In this document: one piece after another, positions 19,601-28,200 of the stretch
Layout: each line of letters starts with the position of its first letter
How positions within the stretch are numbered: position 1 is the stretch's first letter
IMG/VR virus record: IMGVR_UViG_3300036770_003690
Location: 1-58,586 of that record
From: a virus
Lineage: Duplodnaviria; Caudoviricetes
Length of the DNA: 58,586 bases
Direction: 5' to 3' (one strand)
Position numbers and translations under genes: made by a program
Notes under the pieces: generated by a model
The model's input: only the letters and a program-made list of their open reading frames with translations
What the model was told of the DNA's origin: nothing
Database searches by the model: none

Positions 19601-22351
19601 ACCCTGATTACCCTGGTTTCCTTGGTTTCCCTGGAGACCTTGGTTTCCTTGGTTTCCTTGAAGACCTTGATTACCTTGGAGACCTTGGTTACCTTGATTG
19701 CCCTGTAATCCTTGATTTCCTTGGAGGCCTTGATTACCTTGGAGTCCCTGAATACCAGTTCTTACAAAGAAGAGTGAAAGAACATCAGTATCATCAGGTA
19801 ATGTTCCTGAAATGTGCTCTACTGGAATAATGTAATAACCAGTAGCAGGATTTACTACAGAATTAATTCGGAATATATTTACACTTGTTCCAGATAAATT
19901 ATCAGCAGATACAAAATACAAATATCCTCTATCATCTGCTTCAGTGTCATCCCAAGTATCGTACCAAGCAGTATGATCGTTACCTAAATCATCTAAATTA
20001 TCAATATAAATTTCAGTGACAGCAGATATTGATGAATTATTATATGCAAAATTTCCATCACCTGGATCAGTATTTGATGTAGATGTACTAAAGACATATC
20101 TAATACCACCACGGTCTCCAATACCACCTTGAAGACCTTGAAGACCTTGAAGACCTTGATTACCTTGATTTCCCTGAACACCCTGATTACTTAATCCTTG
20201 GTTTCCTTGGAGACCTTGTGATCCAAGACCTTGCATCCCCTGAAGACCTTGAACACCTTGCTCACCTTGAACACCTTGTAGTCCTTGATTTCCTTGGAGA
20301 CCTTGGTTTCCTTGATTTCCCTGAAGTCCTTGATTACCTTGGAGACCTTGATTTCCTTGTAGACCTTGATTTCCTTGTAGACCTTGTAACCCTTGTAAAC
20401 CTTGAACACCTTGTAAAGCAGCATTTTGAATTGTTGCTTTTTTTAAAGTTGCTGTGCTTGTATCATAAATTAACAAATAATCATCAGGTTCAGCATCAAA
20501 AGTTAATTCTGGTTTATTAGAAATTAATGCTGGAGAAACATTTGTTAAACTAGAATTTGTTACTCCAGTTCCTAATGAAGTTTCAGATAAAACATCATTT
20601 CCATTAATTTTATATACTTTACTAGAAGGAATATTTACATTTTCACTAATTCTTATAGATGAAGTAGAATTTTGCCAAGTAATTGACTTTTGGATATTAG
20701 TTGATCCTATACCAATTCCAGCGCCATCAAGAAGAATATCAGTTGTTACTGTTCTTGCAATACCAATAAGAAAATCATTGATGCTAATTTCACCAGTTGT
20801 AACTGCAAGTTGTTCACCGTCAACAATTAAGTTTCCTTTAATTCTAACAGATCCAGTGTTATCTCCAATAACTGCTGGGTCAATAATTAATTGGGACGGT
20901 CCAGTTATTGTATCTTGTGTAAGTATAATTCCAGTACCAGCAAGTCCTGTTTGTATTTGTGATGCACTTACAATTCCTGATACATAAAGATCTGTTCCAT
21001 CAAAAGTAAAATTATCAGAACCTGCAGGTTCATTTAAACTATCTTTGTAAACAACCTGACCAGCAGATCCTGCTACAGGACCAAAAGCACCTTGGAGACC
21101 TTGGAGACCTTGGAGACCTTGAACTCCTTGGAGACCTTGTAAACCTTGTAAACCTTGAAGACCTTGAACACCTTGTAATGCAGCATTTTGAATAGTATCT
21201 TTCTTTAATTGGCCATCAGTAACATCATAAAATAAGATGTAATCTGTTGCTGCAGCAGATGTATGTGTTCTATCTGAAATAATTCCTGGGTTTACATTTC
21301 TCAGATTTGAATCTGTAATTCCAAGACCAAGAGATGTTGCTGTTAATACAGTATTAACGCCAACATAATATGAATAAGTTTGACCAATTCCAACTCCAAC
21401 ATTAGATTGCCAAGCATCTAAATCATACTCATAATACCAAGTTTTTCTAATAGAAGTAGAACCAACTCCAACTCCAGCACCATCTAGTAACTCTGGATCT
21501 TGTTCATTTGAAGCAAGAATTAAATTCTTCTCAGTTAAAATTACATTACTTCCACTAAAAAATCCAACAGTTCCTTCATTAAATTGGAGAGGAGTATTTT
21601 TAACTACAAGGTCCCCTTCAATAAAAACAATACCTTCTTCAAAAGGAGCAATTGTAATACTTGAAGGTCCAAGAATACTTGTTTCAGTTATTGTTAATGA
21701 AGTACTAGTGTCAAATCCAGTATTAAACTGTTGAGCTGTGAGAACACCAGCAATAACTTGTCCTAAAGTAGCGTTTCCTCCTTCTGAAATAACACCCTTT
21801 ACTCCAACATAACGATATCCAACAATATAAATGTTATTAGTTGTTACTCCAGTGGGAACAACATCTCCATTAAAGTTTAAAATACCTGAAGAATAATCAA
21901 AGAACCAAGTATCATTTAATCCAGCACCAGCAGCAGATAACTGAACACCACCACTATTAGGATCTCCTCTATAAATTTTAATAACGTAATCTGATCCAAA
22001 CTGAGGATCAATCCAATCCCCAAGAAGTTCAGAATTAGTATTATTATGAGTCTCAAATCCAATAAATGTTCTATTACCTGAGACGGTAGAATCTACCGTC
22101 ATTCTTATAGGATTTGTAGCAGAATAAACACCAACAACTCCTGTAGTTATACCAGGGGGAGCAACTGGTATTTCACTAGACTTTGCCCAAATTGTTGTAT
22201 TAGGAACAACTAGAGGTGATGGAATTGCTTCCGCAAATGGAGCCTTTTTTGTTCCTGACAAAGAAGAATCTTCGGCAATACCAGTCTTAGATGCGGTATA
22301 ACCGATTTTCTTTAATAGATAGTCTACCTTTTGCTCTTGAGATGCTGCCAC
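10676..22351 (-). CDS. Giant collagen-like virion fibre with interspersed globular domains and C-terminal S74 intramolecular chaperone
   Basis: 3891 aa; long G-[LNRVA]-Q tracts; nine ~120-aa spacer domains; C-terminal LSDITQKKDI...GVIAQEIEQVLPELV...VNYNGIIAVLIEAVKE. Confidence 0.85.
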   Translation of the reverse strand: MAASQEQKVDYLLKKIGYTASKTGIAEDSSLSGTKKAPFAEAIPSPLVVPNTTIWAKSSEIPVAPPGITTGVVGVYSATNPIRMTVDSTVSGNRTFIGFETHNNTNSELLGDWIDPQFGSDYVIKIYRGDPNSGGVQLSAAGAGLNDTWFFDYSSGILNFNGDVVPTGVTTNNIYIVGYRYVGVKGVISEGGNATLGQVIAGVLTAQQFNTGFDTSTSLTITETSILGPSSITIAPFEEGIVFIEGDLVVKNTPLQFNEGTVGFFSGSNVILTEKNLILASNEQDPELLDGAGVGVGSTSIRKTWYYEYDLDAWQSNVGVGIGQTYSYYVGVNTVLTATSLGLGITDSNLRNVNPGIISDRTHTSAAATDYILFYDVTDGQLKKDTIQNAALQGVQGLQGLQGLQGLQGVQGLQGLQGLQGAFGPVAGSAGQVVYKDSLNEPAGSDNFTFDGTDLYVSGIVSASQIQTGLAGTGIILTQDTITGPSQLIIDPAVIGDNTGSVRIKGNLIVDGEQLAVTTGEISINDFLIGIARTVTTDILLDGAGIGIGSTNIQKSITWQNSTSSIRISENVNIPSSKVYKINGNDVLSETSLGTGVTNSSLTNVSPALISNKPELTFDAEPDDYLLIYDTSTATLKKATIQNAALQGVQGLQGLQGLQGNQGLQGNQGLQGNQGLQGNQGNQGLQGNQGLQGVQGEQGVQGLQGMQGLGSQGLQGNQGLSNQGVQGNQGNQGLQGLQGLQGGIGDRGGIRYVFSTSTSNTDPGDGNFAYNNSSISAVTEIYIDNLDDLGNDHTAWYDTWDDTEADDRGYLYFVSADNLSGTSVNIFRINSVVNPATGYYIIPVEHISGTLPDDTDVLSLFFVRTGIQGLQGNQGLQGNQGLQGNQGNQGLQGNQGLQGNQGNQGLQGNQGNQGNQGLQGLQGLQGLQGLQGLQGNQGNQGLQGLQGLQGLQGLQGNQGLQGNQGNQGLQGNQGLQGNQGNQGNQGLQGNQGLQGNQGLQGNQGNQGNQGLQGNQGLQGNQGLQGLQGLQGLQGLQGLQGNQGLQGNQGLQGNQGLQGNQGNQGLQGLQGNQGLQGNQGNQGLQGLQGNQGLQGLQGLQGNQGLQGIQGLQGNQGLQGLQGNQGLQGLQGTSGNRGGVPYNFDNITTNSDPGPGLIRYNNSDITQVTELYIDDLDSLGNNQGAWYDTWDDTEFSDRGYLYIVSADVQNTIINIFRTKSPITIESGYHRIPVDYVSGSLPNDTDALALLFTKSGVQGTQGLQGLQGNQGLQGNQGNQGLQGLQGNQGLQGNQGNQGLQGLQGNQGLQGNQGNQGLQGNQGNQGLQGNQGNQGLQGNQGNQGLQGLQGNQGLQGNQGLQGNQGLQGNQGLQGNQGLQGNQGLQGNQGLQGNQGNQGLQGLQGNQGLQGNQGNQGLQGLQGNQGLQGNQGNQGLQGNQGLQGNQGLQGVQGLQGIDGVSAGNTFEYLFSTSTVSADPGSGFIRFNNSTIENSTELYLDHQDKDGIDLSEFFTLVNEYGSPGNKGFIKIQSIGDPTNFYVFTIILLTEEVFGETGWSTFELGNAVAAGDGFVNNEELYISFGLAGLQGVQGNQGLQGNQGNQGLQGLQGRQGNQGLQGLQGNQGLQGNQGNQGLQGNQGNQGLQGNQGLQGNQGNQGNQGLQGNQGNQGLQGNQGLQGNQGNQGNQGLQGNQGLQGNQGRQGNQGLQGNQGNQGLQGNQGLQGNQGNQGNQGLQGNQGLQGNQGRQGNQGLQGNQGNQGLQGLQGNQGLQGMLGDRGGIPYLFDTTVTAGSGGQGRLRFNNATISSVTQMYFDDTDEFGINQGSWYETWDDTILNVGLNRGYIYITSADSSTNVTAVFEVTGVIGNNTTYYTIPVNYLTGNLPNNNQEVTVFFTKSGVQGLQGLQGNQGLQGNQGLQGLQGRQGNQGLQGNQGLQGNQGNQGLQGNQGNQGLQGNQGLQGNQGNQGNQGLQGNQGNQGLQGNQGRQGNQGLQGNQGNQGLQGNQGLQGNQGLQGNQGNQGLQGNQGLQGNQGNQGLQGNQGNQGLQGNQGLQGLQGNIGNRGGITYTFSSSTTNADPGNGFLRYNNATIGSVTQIYIDNLDSLGNNQTGWYNTWDDTVFSDRGYLYITSADSSSSTANVFRVNGVVSIQSGYYVIPVDYISGSIPTNNNLLTVGFSKSGVQGVQGLQGNQGNQGLQGNQGNQGLQGNQGNQGLQGNQGNQGLQGNQGRQGNQGLQGNQGNQGLQGNQGLQGNQGNQGNQGLQGNQGNQGLQGNQGLQGNQGNQGNQGLQGNQGLQGNQGRQGNQGLQGNQGNQGLQGNQGRQGNQGLQGNQGNQGLQGNQGNQGLQGNQGLQGNQGNQGLQGNQGNQGLQGNQGRQGNQGLQGNQGLQGLQGNIGNRGGVPYTFSTTVTDADPGNGILRYNNATISSVTQIYIDNLDSLGNTQTGWYDTWDDTVFSDRGYLYITSANSSQNTVNVFRVTGPVTAATGYYRIPVTHISGTLPANNLELAITFTKSGVQGVQGNQGNQGNQGLQGNQGNQGLQGNQGNQGLQGNQGNQGLQGNQGNQGNQGLQGNQGNQGLQGNQGLQGNQGNQGLQGTQGRQGNQGLQGNQGNQGNQGLQGNQGNQGLQGNQGRQGNQGLQGNQGLQGNQGNQGNQGLQGNQGNQGLQGNQGLQGLQGNIGNRGGVPYTFSTTVTDADPGNGVLRYNNATIGSVTQIYIDNIDSLGNNQTGWYDTWDDTVFSNRGYLYITSANSSQNTVNVFQITGSVTAATGYYRIPVTHISGTLPANNLELAITFTKSGVQGVQGNQGNQGLQGNQGNQGLQGNQGLQGNQGNQGLQGTQGRQGNQGLQGNQGNQGLQGNQGNQGLQGNQGLQGNQGNQGLQGTQGRQGNQGLQGNQGNQGLQGNQGNQGLQGNQGLQGNQGNQGLQGNQGNQGLQGTQGRQGNQGLQGNQGNQGITGINAENTLEYFYSSTTTQADPGSTFLRLNGSLSTATQIFVDHQDRYLTDLSTLYSLLQTYGSPNKRGLIKLQATGDPSRYGLYELQNITTQSSGSAGWSSLQISLISSNGSLTNGEGVFLSYSLSGTQGVQGNQGLQGNQGLQGNQGNQGLQGLQGRQGNQGLQGNQGNQGNQGLQGNQGNQGLQGLQGRQGNQGLQGNQGNQGNQGLQGNQGNQGLQGNQGLQGLQGLQGNIGNRGGVPYTFSTTVTDADPGNGVLRYNNATIGSVTQIYIDNLDSLGNTQTGWYDTWDDTIFSDRGYLYITSANSSQNTVNVFRVTGTVTVAAGYYKIPVTHISGTLPANNLELAITFTKSGVQGLQGNQGNQGLQGNQGNQGLQGNQGNQGLQGNQGNQGLQGNQGLQGNQGNQGNQGLQGNQGNQGLQGLQGRQGNQGLQGTQGRQGNQGVQGNQGLSNQGVQGNQGNQGNQGLQGNQGNQGLQGNQGNQGNQGIQGNQGNQGLQGNQGNQGNQGIQGNQGLQGNQGNQGNQGLQGNQGNQGRQGAQGAQGRQGNQGLSNQGVQGNQGLQGNQGNQGNQGLQGNQGNQGLQGNQGNQGLQGNQGNQGNQGLQGNQGNQGRQGAQGSQGRQGNQGLQGNQGNQGLQGSQGIGSQGNQGVQGNQGNQGNQGVQGNQGIGSQGNQGLQGNQGLQGNQGNQGRQGAQGAQGRQGNQGLQGNQGNQGVQGNQGIGSQGNQGLQGNQGLQGNQGNQGRQGAQGLQGNQGNQGRQGAQGAQGRQGAQGLQGLSNQGNQGAAGTGSAINVTNDTSTNSTRYVLFGDQTSGTITAVNTSSTKLEYNPSSGTLSATIFNSLSDITQKKDINKIENAIEIIENINGVKFRWKDNNNPSLGVIAQEIEQVLPELVTENNTKTVNYNGIIAVLIEAVKEQQIQIEVLKKYLGIDKI
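11130..20415 (-). repeat. Collagen-coding 9-bp-periodic tandem arrays
   Basis: Plus-strand units such as ccttgatta/ccttggtta/ccttggaga, interrupted by the spacer-domain sequences. Confidence 0.95.
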
Positions 22352-22371
22352 AGATCCTACTTTCCCTTATC

Positions 22372-24492
22372 TTATGTATTTGAGAATGACATAGCAGTTA
22401 TTGACTGCCCAGAGTTCAATTTCCAACGAATTAGAATACGATTATTTGTATCATTAGAAGATGATTCTGTACCGAAAACACAAGTGAAGTTTCCACTAGA
22501 ACCAGTCATTACACCACCAGAAGAACATCCAGGTTCTGCTGATGTTGGAATACCAGCACCTCTATATGCTTGGAACATATTTGCCCAACCATTAGTACCC
22601 GACAAAGATGTAGTCCATGCTGAGTTATCAGGCATACACACCCAACAACCAGCATAAGAACCAGTCACAGAAATTCTGAACTGAGATACCTGTGACCTGA
22701 TAATTTGTATTTGAAAATATTGAGAACCAGTTCTTCCTGAGGAATAATCTGGACCTACTGGCAAATATCCTGTAGAATAATTAGTTTGATCGTGCCTTAA
22801 AACAGCACCCCTGACAACTGCTTCATAAGAAGCAACTGAATTTGAGGCAACCCAAGAAGTATAAACAGGAGTTGGATTATCCCCAGTTGCTCCAGCATTT
22901 ACTCTTATTGAATTTCCGGAACCAGTTCCTAAGTTTGAAACTAGTATATTATCTTCATCAATTTGAGCAGTTGTTGCGGTTGTTCCCATAATATTAACTG
23001 CTTGAGTTATAACTGCTCTCACAGTTCCAGTTCCATATGGAGTTGTTGCTGTATAAGTAGAAAATCTAGTCGCATCAGTAGTTACCGTAGTATGTAAATC
23101 TCTAGGAATTTGAGTCACTAAACAAGTAACACCAGTTCCAACACCAAAATCTTTTGCTGGGGGGTTAGTTCCTCCAGCAAAATCTGTGTAAGATTTAGTT
23201 CCACCATTTTGGAAACCAGAAGTTTGTCCACTGGATGCCAAAAATGTAGAAGAAGTATACATATCACCTGTAGCATTTTCACAGGTAATTACATAATTAA
23301 ACCCATTATTTGCTGCCTGGGTATAATGAGGAACTCCTGAAGAGTATGATAAAGTTGGTGAACTTGGAGTTTCGGGTGTAGAAGCAGATAAAACGGGAGC
23401 AGCAACAGTACTTGGGTCTTCATACCAAAATGCTTTTTGAGTTTGTAATCCACCTTGTTGAATAAAAGCCTTATTAAATCCATCAGGACAAGGAGCATTT
23501 AATAATCTAGCATCATAGACTTCATAAAACAATGATGCAATTCCAGTATTTCTTGTTGAGAAAAAAGCATCTTTATCATTAGCAATTTGGAGAGAACCAT
23601 AAATTCCATTATTTACTCCAGGAGAAAGAGTAGTAGTTCCAACACCTACAGCATTAACAAATCCAATTACAGTTCCAGCATCTCCTGGACCATATTCTGT
23701 AATATAATTTGAAGTAACTGTACTATCAATATTTCTGTCATATTGAGTTCCAGCAACAGGAGTTAATTCTCCATCAGTATTATTTGTGGGGGAAAACCCA
23801 GCACATAGCCTACCAGTTCCAGTTAGTGCGGTAAGAGTGAACGCAACATTTTGTATTGTAGTTGGTGGTTTTGGAACTAGTTTTCCAAGAATAAAGTTAA
23901 TTTCATTCACAGAATCTTTAGTATAATCACTAGTATCAATTCCTACTGCTCCTGGTAAAAACCCTCCAGTTGGTGTTCCAATTACTTGATCCCCATAATA
24001 TTCAGTGGCAGTTACAATTCCACTTGCTCTTATATCACCTTGAACTGTAAGTTTTCTATCAGGATCAGTTAATCCTAAACCTACGTTTTTAGTGTTTGGA
24101 ATAAAAACAAATGTTTCTTCAACAGAAAATCCAGTAACAATTCCTGAAGTTGCAGTTAAAAATCCAATATATCTTGCTTCAGTTCCTGTAGCAACCTGAA
24201 TCTTATTTGATAATACATTATCTAATGTAGAACCATCTCCATAATATGCAACAGCACTAACAATACCAGAAGAAGAAATATCTCCTGATATTATTAAATC
24301 ATTTTTAATTTCAAGGTCTGAGGTAGTTAATATTCCAGTAACCTCAGCATCTCCAACTACATATAAATCCGATTTTGCAAGGGCAGTTCCTATACCAACT
24401 CTACCTGTTACTTCAAGTACAGTAGAATTATCGGTATAAGATGATATACCAATTCTTAAATTTTTAACTCTTTCGCTAAGAAATTTTGCCAT
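22372..24492 (-). CDS. Virion structural protein (fibre-associated)
   Basis: 706 aa, G/S/T-rich; VGIGT and GIVTA motifs typical of cyanophage fibre proteins; late-type TAAATA at 24557-24562. Confidence 0.7.
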   Translation of the reverse strand: MAKFLSERVKNLRIGISSYTDNSTVLEVTGRVGIGTALAKSDLYVVGDAEVTGILTTSDLEIKNDLIISGDISSSGIVSAVAYYGDGSTLDNVLSNKIQVATGTEARYIGFLTATSGIVTGFSVEETFVFIPNTKNVGLGLTDPDRKLTVQGDIRASGIVTATEYYGDQVIGTPTGGFLPGAVGIDTSDYTKDSVNEINFILGKLVPKPPTTIQNVAFTLTALTGTGRLCAGFSPTNNTDGELTPVAGTQYDRNIDSTVTSNYITEYGPGDAGTVIGFVNAVGVGTTTLSPGVNNGIYGSLQIANDKDAFFSTRNTGIASLFYEVYDARLLNAPCPDGFNKAFIQQGGLQTQKAFWYEDPSTVAAPVLSASTPETPSSPTLSYSSGVPHYTQAANNGFNYVITCENATGDMYTSSTFLASSGQTSGFQNGGTKSYTDFAGGTNPPAKDFGVGTGVTCLVTQIPRDLHTTVTTDATRFSTYTATTPYGTGTVRAVITQAVNIMGTTATTAQIDEDNILVSNLGTGSGNSIRVNAGATGDNPTPVYTSWVASNSVASYEAVVRGAVLRHDQTNYSTGYLPVGPDYSSGRTGSQYFQIQIIRSQVSQFRISVTGSYAGCWVCMPDNSAWTTSLSGTNGWANMFQAYRGAGIPTSAEPGCSSGGVMTGSSGNFTCVFGTESSSNDTNNRILIRWKLNSGQSITAMSFSNT

Positions 24493-24511
24493 CCATCAAC
24501 CCTTGCATGTT

Positions 24512-24546
24512 CGGTATATACCGTAGATCCCGTTATATAACGGGAT
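24512..24546. promoter_or_regulatory. Two adjacent perfect palindromes in the leader of the structural gene
   Basis: cggtatataccg (24512-24523) and atcccgttatataacgggat (24527-24546). Confidence 0.5.
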
Positions 24547-24562
24547 ATTATAAAGTATTTAT

Positions 24563-24832
24563 TCAATTAAAGGTTTCTTCTTCTGAGATTTCTTCTAAGA
24601 AATCATCTGAAGATTGATTAGACTTTTGTTTTCTTTTATTATTCCTTTCTGTTGCTTTAGTGAGTTTATTTACATTATCTGTGAGTTTTTCTACCAAAGA
24701 ATTTAAAGTTGCAACTTTAGCTTCTAAAGAAATATTTTCATTAAATAACTTAAAAGTTTTTTGTTGATAAACAGATATCAAAGTCTTATAATCATCTTCT
24801 GAAATATACTTGTACTCTTCTTCTTTAGACAT
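24563..24832 (-). CDS. Small coiled-coil hypothetical protein
   Basis: 89-aa ORF with heptad pattern. Confidence 0.7.
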   Translation of the reverse strand: MSKEEEYKYISEDDYKTLISVYQQKTFKLFNENISLEAKVATLNSLVEKLTDNVNKLTKATERNNKRKQKSNQSSDDFLEEISEEETFN

Positions 24833-24864
24833 AAAAAAAATAGGTGTAATATTTACACCTATTT
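24833..24864 (-). terminator. Intrinsic terminator overlapping a late-type TAAATA
   Basis: Minus strand AATAGGTGT-loop-ACACCTATT followed by a T run. Confidence 0.65.
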
Positions 24865-24889
24865 ATTTGATTATTATTATTAACTTTTT

Positions 24890-25231
24890 TTAATTTAGAG
24901 TTTCAAGTACACTAACAATAAACTTAACGTTAGTGTTAGTGCTTCCTACAACTTTTAAACTATCACCTTGCTCAAGAACAAGTTTTCCTGCTAACAAGTT
25001 AACAGAATCATTTGCTGGAATTGGAAACTCATTGAATAACTCTGTAGTTACAGCAACTCCTGCTCTTGTTCTTACGTGAGCAACACTGATATCTTGACTT
25101 GTTGAACCAACATTTGCAGCTTGTGCCAGGAGGAGTACTCCAGTGTATCCCACTGGAGCAGTATAAATTCCTACTGGTTCTGTCGATACAATACTAGTGA
25201 TTGTTCGGAATACGTTAAGGGCTAATGCCAT
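24890..25231 (-). CDS. Small virion-associated protein
   Basis: 113 aa, IYTAP...KLVLEQGDSL...SVLE pattern; directly follows the large structural gene. Confidence 0.7.
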   Translation of the reverse strand: MALALNVFRTITSIVSTEPVGIYTAPVGYTGVLLLAQAANVGSTSQDISVAHVRTRAGVAVTTELFNEFPIPANDSVNLLAGKLVLEQGDSLKVVGSTNTNVKFIVSVLETLN

Positions 25232-25235
25232 CGGA

Positions 25236-28200
25236 TTACTCTCCTCCTAATGCTAGAATGAATGGGGTTAAGGTTGAGAACAAGCTCTTAGAATAAGATG
25301 TTCCAGAAATTGTTCCAGTATTTTGGTTAATAATCAATCCATCACCAATCTTGAAGTTACCTGACTGGTCAGTGCTTGTGTAAACTACTAGTCCACCATT
25401 TACACTGATTGTTTGATTTTCAGGTTTAGTAACTCCACCATTCTGTGGAAGAGCACCTTTAACATCAGTTCCAGCACCAATGAATTCAAATGAAATACCA
25501 GCAGCAAGAATTCTACTTTGCTTGTAGAAGTAAACAGGCATTCCTTCAGTAACTTCATATGGAATTTGAGTATCAAATGTTACTGTTGAAACTCCAGCAG
25601 ATGGTAAAGTTGCTTTAGAAACCGTATAGTATACAGGTGCCATTTCAACTGTCACTCTTGCTTGAGTTCCACCAGAAGGAGGGGCAGAGATTGAAACGGT
25701 AGGAGGAACAATAAATCCTCTACCACTAGACACAACCTCAACAGAAACAACTCTACCGTCTTCAACGGTTGCAATTGCCTGAGCAGGAACTCCCCAATCT
25801 GTAGTTGGACCTCCAAGTGTAACTTCTGGAGTATCTGTATATCCACTTCCCCCATTAGTAACATTAATCTTATTCACCTGATAATATAGTTTATCAAATA
25901 CTGCAACTTGTCCATCAAATGGTCTTACTGCATTAATCTGAACAGTTCCACCAGAAGTATAATAGTGTGGGAATGGACCAGCACCAACGTTAGCAGTAAA
26001 GAAAGTGCTTGCTGCTGATACTGCTACAGTTGTAGCAGTTCCTGCGATAATTGCTTCAGTTGCAATTCCAATCAAGCTGTCAATAGTATCTTGAACATTC
26101 TGACATCCTTCTGGGGAATTATTTGATCCGGTAAGAGGATCTTCAACAAGTGAGAAGTTCTTATTATTCAGTTGATTATTAATAGCAAGTTGCATATAAT
26201 CGCCAGAAGCACGGAATGCTGTTACAGTCTCTGCTTCCTCACCAACAAGAGCATCGGAGAGTGGATTTCCAAAAGCATCAAAGTAGTAGTTAGTTGCCTC
26301 AATTGTATTTGCGTTGGTGAAGTTTTCTAAGTCCTTAGAAACCGCATCAACAAAGTATCCAATATCTCTTCTACACTTAGCTTCTTGGTCAAGGAATCCA
26401 CCAACATTAACAGTGACACCATCAAGTGCTGTGAGAGTTCCAATTCCGATTACAGAAGTAATAATTCCAACTCTGTTATCAACAAAGTCCTGAACATCCT
26501 GACAAGTTTCAGCATTTCCAGATCTATTATAAACAATGTCTGGAGTAGAAGCACCGTAAACAGCAGGACCAAATGATAATGTTAGATCCTTGGCATAAAG
26601 TTGATTTGTCAATGCTCTCTTCATATAATCTCCAGCAGCATCAAATGCTGTTACAGATTCTGCTCTTTCAACATCAAGACCTGGGGCAATAGGATTACCT
26701 TGCTCATCAAAGTATTGCTTAGCAAACTCAATTGAGTAAGTATTTCCACCAACAAATACATCAGTAGAAACAGCATCAACAAGATAACCAATGTCTCTAG
26801 CACACTTATAACCACCTGGGGAACTGGTAGTTCCTAACCCAACTAAATCCCCTGCCGTAGTTCCAAATCCAACAGTCTGATTGAATTCCCCAAGAGTCTG
26901 ATAGAAGAATCCACTGCTGATTCCGATTGAACCATCATAAAGGGCAGCAGTATTTCCTGCTCCGATTACGGTAGTAATAATTCCAACGAGAGTTTCAATG
27001 TTGCCCTGAACATCTAGGCAAGTTTCAGCATTGCCAGAGGCATTGTAAGTTACAATTCCAACTCCACCAAAACTAGAAGGACCAAATGAGAGAGTTAGGT
27101 CTTTTCTGTAAAGTTGGTTAGTAATTGCCTTCTGCATCAATCCAGTAGAAGATTCAAATGCAGTTAGTGAAGGTAGTTCCTCACCAGCCAGACCACCTCT
27201 GATTGGGGTTCCATCGGCATTGTAATACTGCTCTGAGAATCCTCTAGAGTAGACATTACCACCAGTAAATACGTCGGTAGAAACGGCATCTACGAGGAAT
27301 CCAAGGTCTCTAGCACACTTATAACCACCTGGGTTCTCAGTAGTTCCAATACCAGAAGTTCTATCGAAGATTCCAGTATTATACTCTAGACCTGAGAATG
27401 AAGCAGTGCTTCCTGCTCCAAGAGCAACTGTTACGATACCAACCAAGTTGTCAACTTCGTCCTGAACATCTAAACAAGATGCTTCATTTCCTGAAGGAAG
27501 AACAGGAATGGAAGTACCAGCACCAGCATAATATGCCTTACCTGAAGAAATGCCAACATCCTTTCTGTAAAGTTGATTAGTAAGAGCATCCTTCATAAAT
27601 TCACCAGCACCTACCAATCCAATAACTGTTGGATGTACTTCATCCCCATCAATGTAAATTGCTCCACTGTTATCAAAGTACTGGAGGGTATATTCTTGAG
27701 AATACTTATTGCCAGCAATAAAGATATCGGTTGATACTGCGTCGATGAAGAAACCTACGTCTCTAGCACACTTATAACCACCTGGAGTATTTGTAGTTCC
27801 AAGACCAACAGATTGTGAGAAGTAACCATCTGTGACTGAAGGTAGAGAAGCAGTGCTTCCTGCTCCAAGAGCAACGGTTACGATACCAGCAAGAGTATCA
27901 AGATTGTCTTGAATATCAAGGCAAGCAGTTGGGTCTGTATTTGGAACGTCAGAACCGACGTTGTAGTAGGTTCCACCGATTGAAATTGTTAAGTCTGAAT
28001 ATGCGGCACCAACCAGTGAGTTGGTAATCGCATTCTTCATATAACCAGTTGCTGCCTCAAATACGAAGATTGATTCATTGATTTCACCATCAAGACCATT
28101 TGTGATTAATGAACCACCTTCAAAGTATTGGAATGTGAACTCTCTTGAATAGGTATTTCCACCAGTAAGAGCATCGAGTGAAATAGCATCAATGAAGAAT

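Noticed and set aside
11130-20415. Possible CRISPR array or DGR template/variable repeats
   Set aside because: Repeats are in-frame coding triplets and domains; no repeat-spacer pattern, and no cas or reverse transcriptase gene in the window
11110-20520. Many long alternative-frame and antisense ORFs (LDYLDF-, KVIKEI-, TLISL-rich)
   Set aside because: Stop-free shadows of the 9-bp collagen repeat; no independent signals
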